A program made the position numbers and the translations under genes. The notes under the pieces were generated by a model. It ran no database searches, had not been told where the DNA came from, and saw only the letters and a list, made by a program, of their open reading frames with translations. From positions 1 through 57,251 of the IMG/VR virus record IMGVR_UViG_3300025608_000026: 57,251 bases of DNA, one strand, 5' to 3'. The DNA comes from a virus. Lineage: Duplodnaviria > Caudoviricetes. This document shows positions 39,954 through 46,305 of this stretch, piece after piece (the first letter of the stretch is position 1; each line of letters opens with the position of its first letter).

Positions 39954-40373
39954 TTATTGTTTGTTTTTTAATGCTTTCAAAGCTGCATCTCTGTCGTCAA
40001 AGTCCAATGCTGCTTTAAGAATGATTTTATCCATAACATCGTCTTGGTTCTCCAAGATTTGTTTTTGTAGATTTATAATCATATGTTCTAGGTTATCCTT
40101 AGCGGCAACCAATTGATCTATCTGAAAGTCTTTCTTTTCCAACGCTGCTTTCAATGCGTTTATATCGTCTGGCTTAGATCCTGTAATAGTACTTACTACA
40201 AGTCCTATTGATGCACTAATTGTACCAATCAGCATCATCACCACTTCCTTATTAGTATCTAGAACTGGGTATTTCATTAGAATAAATATAATTGACATTA
40301 CTAATAAAAATATAAACAAACTGCCAACATAGTGGCGAATCTCTTTAGCTACTCCGTTCTTTGGTAGGTTCAT
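39954..40373 (-). CDS. Two-TM membrane protein with coiled coil
   Basis: Likely start MNLPKN at 40373; two hydrophobic segments. Confidence 0.6.
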   Translation of the reverse strand: MNLPKNGVAKEIRHYVGSLFIFLLVMSIIFILMKYPVLDTNKEVVMMLIGTISASIGLVVSTITGSKPDDINALKAALEKKDFQIDQLVAAKDNLEHMIINLQKQILENQDDVMDKIILKAALDFDDRDAALKALKNKQ

Positions 40374-40375
40374 GG

Positions 40376-40513
40376 TTATTTGTTTTTTCTGCATTTAGCA
40401 ATAGCTCCAGACGCATAAGCGCTCGGGAATACCTTGTATTGCTTCTTCACCTTATGGTAACACGCATCTTTTTTAAATAAAGGCGATGTTGCCTGTGGTC
40501 TACTCTTTTTCAT
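40376..40513 (-). CDS. Small basic protein (45 aa), first gene of the late arm (not in ORF track)
   Basis: MKKSRPQATSPLFKKDACYHKVKKQYKVFPSAYASGAIAKCRKNK. Confidence 0.7.
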   Translation of the reverse strand: MKKSRPQATSPLFKKDACYHKVKKQYKVFPSAYASGAIAKCRKNK

Positions 40514-40527
40514 AATATCGATGTTTT

Positions 40528-40742
40528 ATAGATAACTCCCCGTCCATACGGTTACAGGGAGCTAATCTATCTTACGAATGATGCAACGACCTGTACATTC
40601 ACTGTCTCAACCACTTCCTAGGTGGTATCTGAAAGGAACTAGGCTATGCGACTATGACACCTGCCTGATAAGCAGCCCTAACACAACGTGTCCATTAAGG
40701 TAGCGAAATATCATAAGCGCATATATAAGTATGCGGGTATCG
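40528..40742. ncRNA. Candidate structured non-coding RNA/leader
   Basis: ORF-free, GC-richer island with five adjacent hairpins and possible pseudoknot pairings. Confidence 0.45.
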
Positions 40743-41167
40743 TTTTTAATTAGTACAAATAAAGAATGATTGTGTTACGCTACACATTTAGCAATAAAAC
40801 CTAAATATAAAGTCCATATTGACAACGTATGCGGCTATGTATTGCATTATTTGCAGTGTTTGTGTATATATACATGTATAATTGCGTTATTGTTGCTACT
40901 AATTTTTTATCAGTTAGTTACACGCATTGTTACATACTCAATCATTGTAGCTATTTATTGAATAATATGCAAACATATGTATTGAATACTATTATATTAG
41001 TGAATAATTCTATGTTTATTCGCACTGTATTCAATTGCTTTATTACTGTTTGCATTATTATTGTTATATAATATGTTTTATCACATTATATTTAAAATAA
41101 CTTAAGTTTATTACTTATATAATATATATTACATAAAATTGTAAAAAGGTATAATTTTGTAATAAAA

Positions 41168-41200
41168 TACGTTACAAACCTTATTGTATTGTGATAATAT
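41168..41200 (+). promoter_or_regulatory. Repeated promoter-like motif, copy 1
   Basis: TACGTTACAA-N13-GTGATAATAT. Confidence 0.8.
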
Positions 41201-41224
41201 AAGTGTAATTAAAATATAAACATT

Positions 41225-41356
41225 ATGAAAAATTTAAACAAAATACTAGAGAGCTACAAAGGTTCGAACATGAACAAAGTGAGATTGAGCTATAAGTTAA
41301 AAAGTTATTATAACTTAAATGAAAATGAAAGAATTTATTTAAATAATAATCTTTAA
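41225..41356 (+). CDS. Early micro-ORF (43 aa)
   Basis: MKNLNKILESYKGSNMNKVRLSYKLKSYYNLNENERIYLNNNL; fills the space between motif copies 1 and 2. Confidence 0.6.
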   Translation: MKNLNKILESYKGSNMNKVRLSYKLKSYYNLNENERIYLNNNL

Positions 41357-41359
41357 AAA

Positions 41360-41392
41360 TACGTTACAAACTAACTATAAAAGTGATAATAT
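41360..41392 (+). promoter_or_regulatory. Repeated promoter-like motif, copy 2
   Basis: TACGTTACAA-N13-GTGATAATAT. Confidence 0.8.
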
Positions 41393-41418
41393 AAGTGTAA
41401 TTAAAAAATAATAATAAT

Positions 41419-41592
41419 ATGAGATTTCCAAAAACATTTACTAAAGAAAACAAAATAACTTTTTACACACAAAGAAAAAGAGAAATGGAAAATAGATTTA
41501 TAAAATCTATGAATGAAAACAAAGAAGATTTATCTAATAAAATAAATGAAGAGATAAAGATTTGTGAAAAAGAATTAAGTAAACTATTATAA
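41419..41592 (+). CDS. Early micro-ORF (57 aa)
   Basis: MRFPKTFTKENKITFYTQRK...EKELSKLL; stop codon abuts motif copy 3. Confidence 0.65.
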   Translation: MRFPKTFTKENKITFYTQRKREMENRFIKSMNENKEDLSNKINEEIKICEKELSKLL

Positions 41593-41594
41593 AA

Positions 41595-41627
41595 TACGTT
41601 ACAAAGTAAAAGTAAAAGTGATAATAT
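41595..41627 (+). promoter_or_regulatory. Repeated promoter-like motif, copy 3
   Basis: TACGTTACAA-N13-GTGATAATAT. Confidence 0.8.
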
Positions 41628-41650
41628 AAGTGTAATTAAAATAAAGAAAT

Positions 41651-41797
41651 ATGAAAATGTTTAAAGTAACAAAAGTACAAACTTGGAATAAAAACGGAAT
41701 ACCAACTAATTGGATTAAGTATATGAAAAGTGAAACAATTGAAAATGTAATAAAGCATTTTGGAACTGAAAACATTTTGAAAGTAGAAGAATGTTAA
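41651..41797 (+). CDS. Early micro-ORF (48 aa)
   Basis: MKMFKVTKVQTWNKNGIPTNWIKY...ILKVEEC; lies between copies 3 and 4. Confidence 0.65.
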   Translation: MKMFKVTKVQTWNKNGIPTNWIKYMKSETIENVIKHFGTENILKVEEC

Positions 41798-41803
41798 AAT
41801 AAA

Positions 41804-41836
41804 TACGTCACAAACTAAATAGAAATGTGATAATAT
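41804..41836 (+). promoter_or_regulatory. Repeated promoter-like motif, copy 4
   Basis: TACGTCACAA-N13-GTGATAATAT. Confidence 0.8.
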
Positions 41837-41840
41837 AAAT

Positions 41841-41888
41841 GAGAGTTTTATAAAATTAGTTGCCTCTCTTAAAACAATATTAACTAAT
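41841..41888 (+). promoter_or_regulatory. Candidate H-type pseudoknot in 5' leader
   Basis: P1 GAGAG(41841-45)/CTCTC(41864-68); P2 ATTAGTTG(41855-62)/TAACTAAT(41881-88). Confidence 0.4.
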
Positions 41889-41914
41889 GAAGCACACAAA
41901 TAAAAATATACAAT

Positions 41915-42136
41915 ATGAAAGAATTAAAAGAATACATGGAAGCTAAGAAAAAAGCTAACGCTTTAAAGTGGATGAAAGAAGATGGCTTCAACACTATCCA
42001 AGGATTCACACAGAACGAGTTTAATGAGTCTATGAAACAAATTAAGCGTAAGACCTCAACTACAAGAAGAAGTCACTCTAAAGGTAACTTATGGAACCAT
42101 ACAAATTTACCAAGAATTAAACAAGATATTTTATAA
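41915..42136 (+). CDS. Early hypothetical protein (73 aa)
   Basis: ORF track; A-rich leader. Confidence 0.65.
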   Translation: MKELKEYMEAKKKANALKWMKEDGFNTIQGFTQNEFNESMKQIKRKTSTTRRSHSKGNLWNHTNLPRIKQDIL

Positions 42137-42264
42137 TGGCAAATATATACAACCAAAAGTTTGAACTACACTTAATAAAAAAAGGGTATAACTTAAACAC
42201 AATAAGCTTAACCGAAAGTATAAAAGAATTAAAAAAATACGTTGCAAAACAAAAACAAAAGTGA
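42136..42264 (+). CDS. Early micro-ORF (42 aa)
   Basis: MANIYNQKFELHLIKKGYNLNTISLTESIKELKKYVAKQKQK; TAATG-coupled. Confidence 0.55.
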   Translation: MANIYNQKFELHLIKKGYNLNTISLTESIKELKKYVAKQKQK

Positions 42265-42270
42265 TAATAT
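42238..42270 (+). promoter_or_regulatory. Repeated promoter-like motif, copy 5
   Basis: TACGTTGCAA-N13-GTGATAATAT. Confidence 0.75.
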
Positions 42271-42286
42271 AATAAACAATAATGAT

Positions 42287-42616
42287 ATGCAAATAAAAAG
42301 AAACACAATGAACGAAGTAATAGTAAAAGATTTAATGAGCAATAAGTTTCCTGCATACCATAACAATAAAAACGGTATCGATTGCTGGTCACTATACAGA
42401 GGTCTAAAAGATCCTTACAACCACAACCAAACCGATCCACGAGTTACACTAATCTTGCACAGACCACATAGCTCAACATACGTAACATTGTCTGGCGACT
42501 ACAAAGAAGTTGCTGAATACATTACAAACCACGAATATAACTTTGAATCATTCATCGAACAAGATAAAAAACTAGGTGACTACTTAACAAGCGACGAAGG
42601 CAAATGGGGACTATAA
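42287..42616 (+). CDS. Early hypothetical protein
   Basis: ORF-track frame; start moved to ATG 42287 (or 42308), downstream of motif copy 5. Confidence 0.65.
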   Translation: MQIKRNTMNEVIVKDLMSNKFPAYHNNKNGIDCWSLYRGLKDPYNHNQTDPRVTLILHRPHSSTYVTLSGDYKEVAEYITNHEYNFESFIEQDKKLGDYLTSDEGKWGL

Positions 42617-42741
42617 AGAAAAAGAAAACAAATAGAGTAACTATAGCAAAGTTAACTAAAGAAAGAATACAAATAATAGAACAAGAATACTATGAACGAT
42701 ACAACTCAGGTATTCCACAATGGCAACAAAATATGTACTAA
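42604..42741 (+). CDS. Early micro-ORF (45 aa)
   Basis: MGTIKKKKTNRVTIAKLTKERIQIIEQEYYERYNSGIPQWQQNMY. Confidence 0.5.
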   Translation: MGTIKKKKTNRVTIAKLTKERIQIIEQEYYERYNSGIPQWQQNMY

Positions 42742-42742
42742 T

Positions 42743-42943
42743 ATGAAAAACACATGGATATTTTACGGACAATCTCACGATGGAATAAGAACTTTGCACC
42801 ACATTAAAGAATGTAAACGACCTGAAGCAACAAAAGAATATAAACAAATGATGCAGCTATTAGAAGATAATACTTATCATGTTACTGGTTATATGACAAG
42901 TAAGAAATGGAATCAAGAAAATCAATACATAAAAGTAATATAA
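42743..42943 (+). CDS. Early hypothetical protein (66 aa)
   Basis: ORF-track frame, likely start MKNTW. Confidence 0.6.
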   Translation: MKNTWIFYGQSHDGIRTLHHIKECKRPEATKEYKQMMQLLEDNTYHVTGYMTSKKWNQENQYIKVI

Positions 42944-43065
42944 TGAACACAATAGAACACTGCAGTATGTGCAACGAGCTTTTAGGCGAAGAAGAAGAAA
43001 AGTATTTTACTTTTGCTGTACACGAATTGCCTTTGTGTATGGAATGCACACTAAAAGATTGGTAA
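42943..43065 (+). CDS. CxxC...CxxC zinc-finger micro-protein (40 aa)
   Basis: MNTIEHCSMCNELLGEEEEKYFTFAVHELPLCMECTLKDW. Confidence 0.6.
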   Translation: MNTIEHCSMCNELLGEEEEKYFTFAVHELPLCMECTLKDW

Positions 43066-43068
43066 AAA

Positions 43069-43101
43069 TACGTTACAAACTAAATAAACAAGTGATAATA
43101 T
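43069..43101 (+). promoter_or_regulatory. Repeated promoter-like motif, copy 6
   Basis: TACGTTACAA-N13-GTGATAATAT. Confidence 0.8.
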
Positions 43102-43124
43102 AATTGAATATAAAAATAAATAAC

Positions 43125-43451
43125 ATGCAATCAAATAACAAACTAAACGAACTACAACAAGAATTCAACGACGAAGTATGGAATGCTTTCCACAACGCAG
43201 AAATAAACGACCACGATGATTTTTACGAGTACATGCATGCTTACATTGACAATGCAGTTATCTATTATGCAGATTGTGATGCTATACTCGAAGGAAATAG
43301 CGACTACCATTACAACGAACACGATTTATTTGATCGCCCTAATAGTTTAGAACAAGCAGCTTACGCTTGCTTATATGATTATCTAACCGAAAACGACGAC
43401 ACTGTTGTGTGGTCACAACTAGAAGAAGTACTAAACGAAGGAAAAGAATAA
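43125..43451 (+). CDS. Ocr-like (T7 gp0.3) DNA-mimic anti-restriction protein
   Basis: 108 aa, about 26 D/E versus 3 K/R; DDFYEYMHAYIDNAVIYYAD resembles T7 Ocr [21 protein letters not shown]. Confidence 0.65.
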   Translation: MQSNNKLNELQQEFNDEVWNAFHNAEINDHDDFYEYMHAYIDNAVIYYADCDAILEGNSDYHYNEHDLFDRPNSLEQAAYACLYDYLTENDDTVVWSQLEEVLNEGKE

Positions 43452-43462
43452 TAACAAAATTA

Positions 43463-43514
43463 AAAATTAAACATATATACTGATAATTAAAACACAAAAT
43501 TAAGCATATATACT
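43463..43514 (+). repeat. 19-bp direct repeat pair upstream of the tRNA-like RNA
   Basis: AAAATTAA(A/G)CATATATACT at 43463 and 43496. Confidence 0.6.
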
Positions 43515-43525
43515 AAAAACAAAAC

Positions 43526-43608
43526 GGGCGAGAAGTAGATTGACCGACAACGATGCACGAATAGCAACTCTATCGGAAACGCGGGTGCAACTCCCGCCTC
43601 GTCCACTA
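43526..43608 (+). ncRNA. Mini tmRNA-like RNA (tRNA-like domain only, Ala identity)
   Basis: 7-bp acceptor stem GGGCGAG/CTCGTCC with G3-U70 and A discriminator; T-arm GCGGG-TGCAACT-CCCGC; stemless D-loop ending TTGAC; CCGA/TCGG helix. Confidence 0.7.
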
Positions 43609-43632
43609 AATTTAATAAAACAATACAATAAT

Positions 43633-43740
43633 ATGACAATAGAAAATAAACTATGCTTGACTCAAAACTTAATTGATTTGTTCTTATCAGGTAAAATAAA
43701 CGAAGAAACATTTAACGAAACAATATTAAAATTAGGATAA
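43633..43740 (+). CDS. Early micro-ORF (35 aa)
   Basis: MTIENKLCLTQNLIDLFLSGKINEETFNETILKLG. Confidence 0.5.
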   Translation: MTIENKLCLTQNLIDLFLSGKINEETFNETILKLG

Positions 43741-43741
43741 T

Positions 43742-44074
43742 ATGACAACACTAGAAAAATTTCAAGAAGTATCAAAAATTTATTTTGTAGAGTCCGGCGG
43801 CGATTTAGGAATAGGTACACTACTAACTGCTGATGGCTATGATCTACACTATATTTCAGGCGACTTACGCAACTTAAACTGGGAAAATGAAGTATATTAC
43901 TATCAACCAGAATTTGACGCGATAATGGCAACTATAGACGAATACAGATTTAATAACGAAACAATAGCTGTTCAAGTTTATGATCTTGAAGATTATTTTG
44001 ACGAGTTTTATATGCTCGACTGGTTGCAAGACAACATGGACGAAGATGAATTTAACCAATTTACTAATGAATAA
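43742..44074 (+). CDS. Highly acidic early protein (possible nucleic-acid mimic)
   Basis: 110 aa, about 26 D/E versus 4 K/R; stop abuts motif copy 7. Confidence 0.65.
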   Translation: MTTLEKFQEVSKIYFVESGGDLGIGTLLTADGYDLHYISGDLRNLNWENEVYYYQPEFDAIMATIDEYRFNNETIAVQVYDLEDYFDEFYMLDWLQDNMDEDEFNQFTNE

Positions 44075-44107
44075 TACGTTACAAACTAATTGTTAACGTG
44101 ATAATAT
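44075..44107 (+). promoter_or_regulatory. Repeated promoter-like motif, copy 7
   Basis: TACGTTACAA-N13-GTGATAATAT. Confidence 0.8.
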
Positions 44108-44130
44108 AATTGAATATAAAATAAATAACT

Positions 44131-44331
44131 ATGGAACTTAATACAAGTATAAGTAAAACAGCAAAACAAATTGCAGATAAAACAACCGACTTTGTTTTTG
44201 AAGAACTAAACCACATAATTGAATGGCAACTAAGTGGAGACGAATATGACCATTTTCTAAATGACGACTATGAGTTAGTTAAAAGTTTGGCAATCAAAAC
44301 AATAATTGAAAACATTTACAAAAGATTATAA
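44131..44331 (+). CDS. Early hypothetical protein (66 aa)
   Basis: ORF track; follows motif copy 7. Confidence 0.65.
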   Translation: MELNTSISKTAKQIADKTTDFVFEELNHIIEWQLSGDEYDHFLNDDYELVKSLAIKTIIENIYKRL

Positions 44332-44332
44332 T

Positions 44333-44626
44333 ATGAATGATAAACAAATACACGAACGTGCTATACACAAAGCTGAATCTAAAATAAGTTTTATTGAGCT
44401 TGAAATGACTGTGCTTGAAAACGAAGTACCTTACATGGGCTACACTACAGAAATGATTGAAGGGCAACAAGCTTTCAAACGCAAAGAGATTGACACATGG
44501 CGCTATATAATAGACTGTATTAAAATAGTAGAAACACAAAGAATGATCGAAGAAGAAAAATATATCAAATCAGGAATGACTAATGTTGAATTACTACAAT
44601 CGTTAGCCGACTTAAACGCAAAATAA
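44333..44626 (+). CDS. Early hypothetical protein
   Basis: ORF-track frame, likely start ATG 44333. Confidence 0.65.
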   Translation: MNDKQIHERAIHKAESKISFIELEMTVLENEVPYMGYTTEMIEGQQAFKRKEIDTWRYIIDCIKIVETQRMIEEEKYIKSGMTNVELLQSLADLNAK

Positions 44627-44627
44627 T

Positions 44628-44786
44628 ATGACAGAATTAGAAATCGCACAACTAGACAGAGTAAACAACATCAAAGCATTAAAAACAATTGATGCTAAAG
44701 TTAATTATGTATACAACGCATTTGATATGGGATTGTCCCGAATGAATGAAGTAAGAGAATACTTTAAATTAAACATGAAAGAATAA
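44628..44786 (+). CDS. Early micro-ORF (52 aa)
   Basis: MTELEIAQLDRVNNIKALKTIDAK...FKLNMKE; stop abuts motif copy 8. Confidence 0.6.
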   Translation: MTELEIAQLDRVNNIKALKTIDAKVNYVYNAFDMGLSRMNEVREYFKLNMKE

Positions 44787-44788
44787 AA

Positions 44789-44821
44789 TACGCTACAAAT
44801 GAAATACATAAGTGATAATAT
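44789..44821 (+). promoter_or_regulatory. Repeated promoter-like motif, copy 8
   Basis: TACGCTACAA-N13-GTGATAATAT. Confidence 0.75.
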
Positions 44822-44871
44822 AACTGAAGAAATTAAAAAAATGTTTAACGAATTTTCTAACTACGAATGCA

Positions 44872-45090
44872 ATGGGTAAACTAAAAGTTCTATACAAGGG
44901 TAAATGGTATGAGTATTTAATTAACACGCAAGTTATTGATAAACAACTAGATAACACAATAGAAAATATATTAAAATATTATCCTAAAGACGCTATAATT
45001 GAATTTGATGAAAACCCTGATATAACTAATATAAATACGTTACAAGAAACAATTAATCGTGATAATGAAAGTAAACAAAATAACATTTGA
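44872..45090 (+). CDS. Early hypothetical protein (72 aa)
   Basis: ORF track. Confidence 0.55.
   Translation: MGKLKVLYKGKWYEYLINTQVIDKQLDNTIENILKYYPKDAIIEFDENPDITNINTLQETINRDNESKQNNI
45036..45068 (+). promoter_or_regulatory. Repeated promoter-like motif, copy 9 (inside ORF end)
   Basis: TACGTTACAA-N13-GTGATAATGA. Confidence 0.65.
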
Positions 45091-45385
45091 TAAAATAAAT
45101 GCACGGTGGAACATAATGAAAATGACTTCAGCGTATATAAATGCAGAAAAAATATTAATACAACAAACCGCAGTAGACATCGAGCAAAATAACGATACTG
45201 AAATATCATTTATTATGGATAACTTCGGTAATTCAAGACAATTAACACCTAAAGAAGTATTAAAAATTAAATTAGATGCTTTTGAATTGCAAGGTGCAAA
45301 GCTCCTTGAAGAAGAAAAATACGAACTATTTGCAGAATTAAAAGAACTATATGAAAAATACAAACAAGAATATGACAGACTTTAA
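45059..45385 (+). CDS. Hypothetical protein with UVR-like helical C-terminus
   Basis: ORF track; ends LLEEEKYELFAELKE; true start probably further downstream. Confidence 0.55.
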   Translation: MIMKVNKITFDKINARWNIMKMTSAYINAEKILIQQTAVDIEQNNDTEISFIMDNFGNSRQLTPKEVLKIKLDAFELQGAKLLEEEKYELFAELKELYEKYKQEYDRL

Positions 45386-46226
45386 AGTAATGCTAGCTAA
45401 ACCAATCTCATCTGAAATTGCGTGGCCTAACGTACATTTTGTACAGCCTAAACTCGACGGCGTTCGTTGCTATACACAACTTATTGACGGTGAAGTAAAA
45501 ATGTTTTCACGTAACCACAAAGAATTTAAAAATGTTAAACATATTACCACTGAGCTTACAACCTTTTTCAACGATAATCCAAATATTATTCTTGACGGCG
45601 AGCTTTACAATCATAAGTTTCGGGATAACTTTAATAAAATTATCTCGTTGGTCCGTAAACAAAAACCAACTCAAGCAGATAAGTTTGAATCATCTACTTA
45701 TCTTCAGTACCATGTTTACGATATGTTTGATAATAAATCACATCTTAGCGATTTTATAAACAGAACGTTAAATATTTCAGCATTTAAATCTAAATACGGC
45801 TGGCGTTCTATTCAAGAAGTAAACACTAAAGTAGTATTCTCCGATAAAGAAGTACAATCATTTCACACAATAAATAAAAACAACGGCTATGAAGGATCTA
45901 TCTTGCGAACAAACGGCGCATACGACCAACGACGATCAAACAACTTGCAAAAAGTTAAAGACTGGTCAGACACTGAGATTACGATTACTGGCTTCGTCGA
46001 AGGTAAAGGAAAGTTCAAAAGCGGTCTTGGTAAATTCCTCGGTGTTGATTCAGACAATCGAGTAGTTGAAGTACCTTGGCCTACACTAACCATACAAGAG
46101 CGCAAAGATATTTGGGCTGCACGTGGTTATTTTATTAATAAACAATTAACATTCGAGTACTTCGAGCGTACACCAGCTGGCGCTTATCGTTTTCCTCGAG
46201 CTAAAGCATTTCGTAATTATGAGTAA
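45372..46226 (+). CDS. lig: ATP-dependent DNA ligase (minimal type)
   Basis: Motif I QPKLDGVRC, LDGELY, YHVYD, GYEGSILR, LQKVK, C-terminal RFPR. Confidence 0.92.
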   Translation: MTDFKVMLAKPISSEIAWPNVHFVQPKLDGVRCYTQLIDGEVKMFSRNHKEFKNVKHITTELTTFFNDNPNIILDGELYNHKFRDNFNKIISLVRKQKPTQADKFESSTYLQYHVYDMFDNKSHLSDFINRTLNISAFKSKYGWRSIQEVNTKVVFSDKEVQSFHTINKNNGYEGSILRTNGAYDQRRSNNLQKVKDWSDTEITITGFVEGKGKFKSGLGKFLGVDSDNRVVEVPWPTLTIQERKDIWAARGYFINKQLTFEYFERTPAGAYRFPRAKAFRNYE

Positions 46227-46305
46227 ACTTATATGGGAATTATATAACAAAAATGAAATCAGTATTGAAATTGCTAACATATTATTAGATAAACATTATG
46301 AATAA
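46219..46305 (+). CDS. Micro-ORF (28 aa)
   Basis: MSKLIWELYNKNEISIEIANILLDKHYE; overlaps the ligase stop. Confidence 0.4.
   Translation: MSKLIWELYNKNEISIEIANILLDKHYE

Noticed and set aside
2835-39971. Plus-strand ORFs antisense to structural genes
   Set aside because: Shadow frames of long minus-strand genes with biased codon use; no recognisable products
40640-40715. Hammerhead ribozyme or group I/II intron core
   Set aside because: CTGATAAG and GAAA are not arranged in the required three-stem junction; no matching P7 or domain V pairing found
40770-41071. ORF-track ORFs 40770 and 40829
   Set aside because: Low-complexity Cys/Ile/Tyr-rich translations of T-rich spacer DNA without typical leaders
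43526-43608. Ordinary tRNA gene or attP fragment of host ssrA
   Set aside because: No D-stem and no canonical anticodon loop (only ACGAATA, lacking U33 and purine 37); both acceptor strands are present and paired, unlike an attP 3' fragment; no integrase in the window
43540-43632. N-terminal extension of the ORF-track 66-aa ORF (TTG start)
   Set aside because: Overlaps the structured RNA; ATG 43633 with an A-rich leader is the better start
41168-45068. CRISPR array interpretation of the repeats
   Set aside because: Units are about 190-1000 bp apart and contain ORFs; the repeat is bipartite with a variable 13-nt centre; no cas genes are visible
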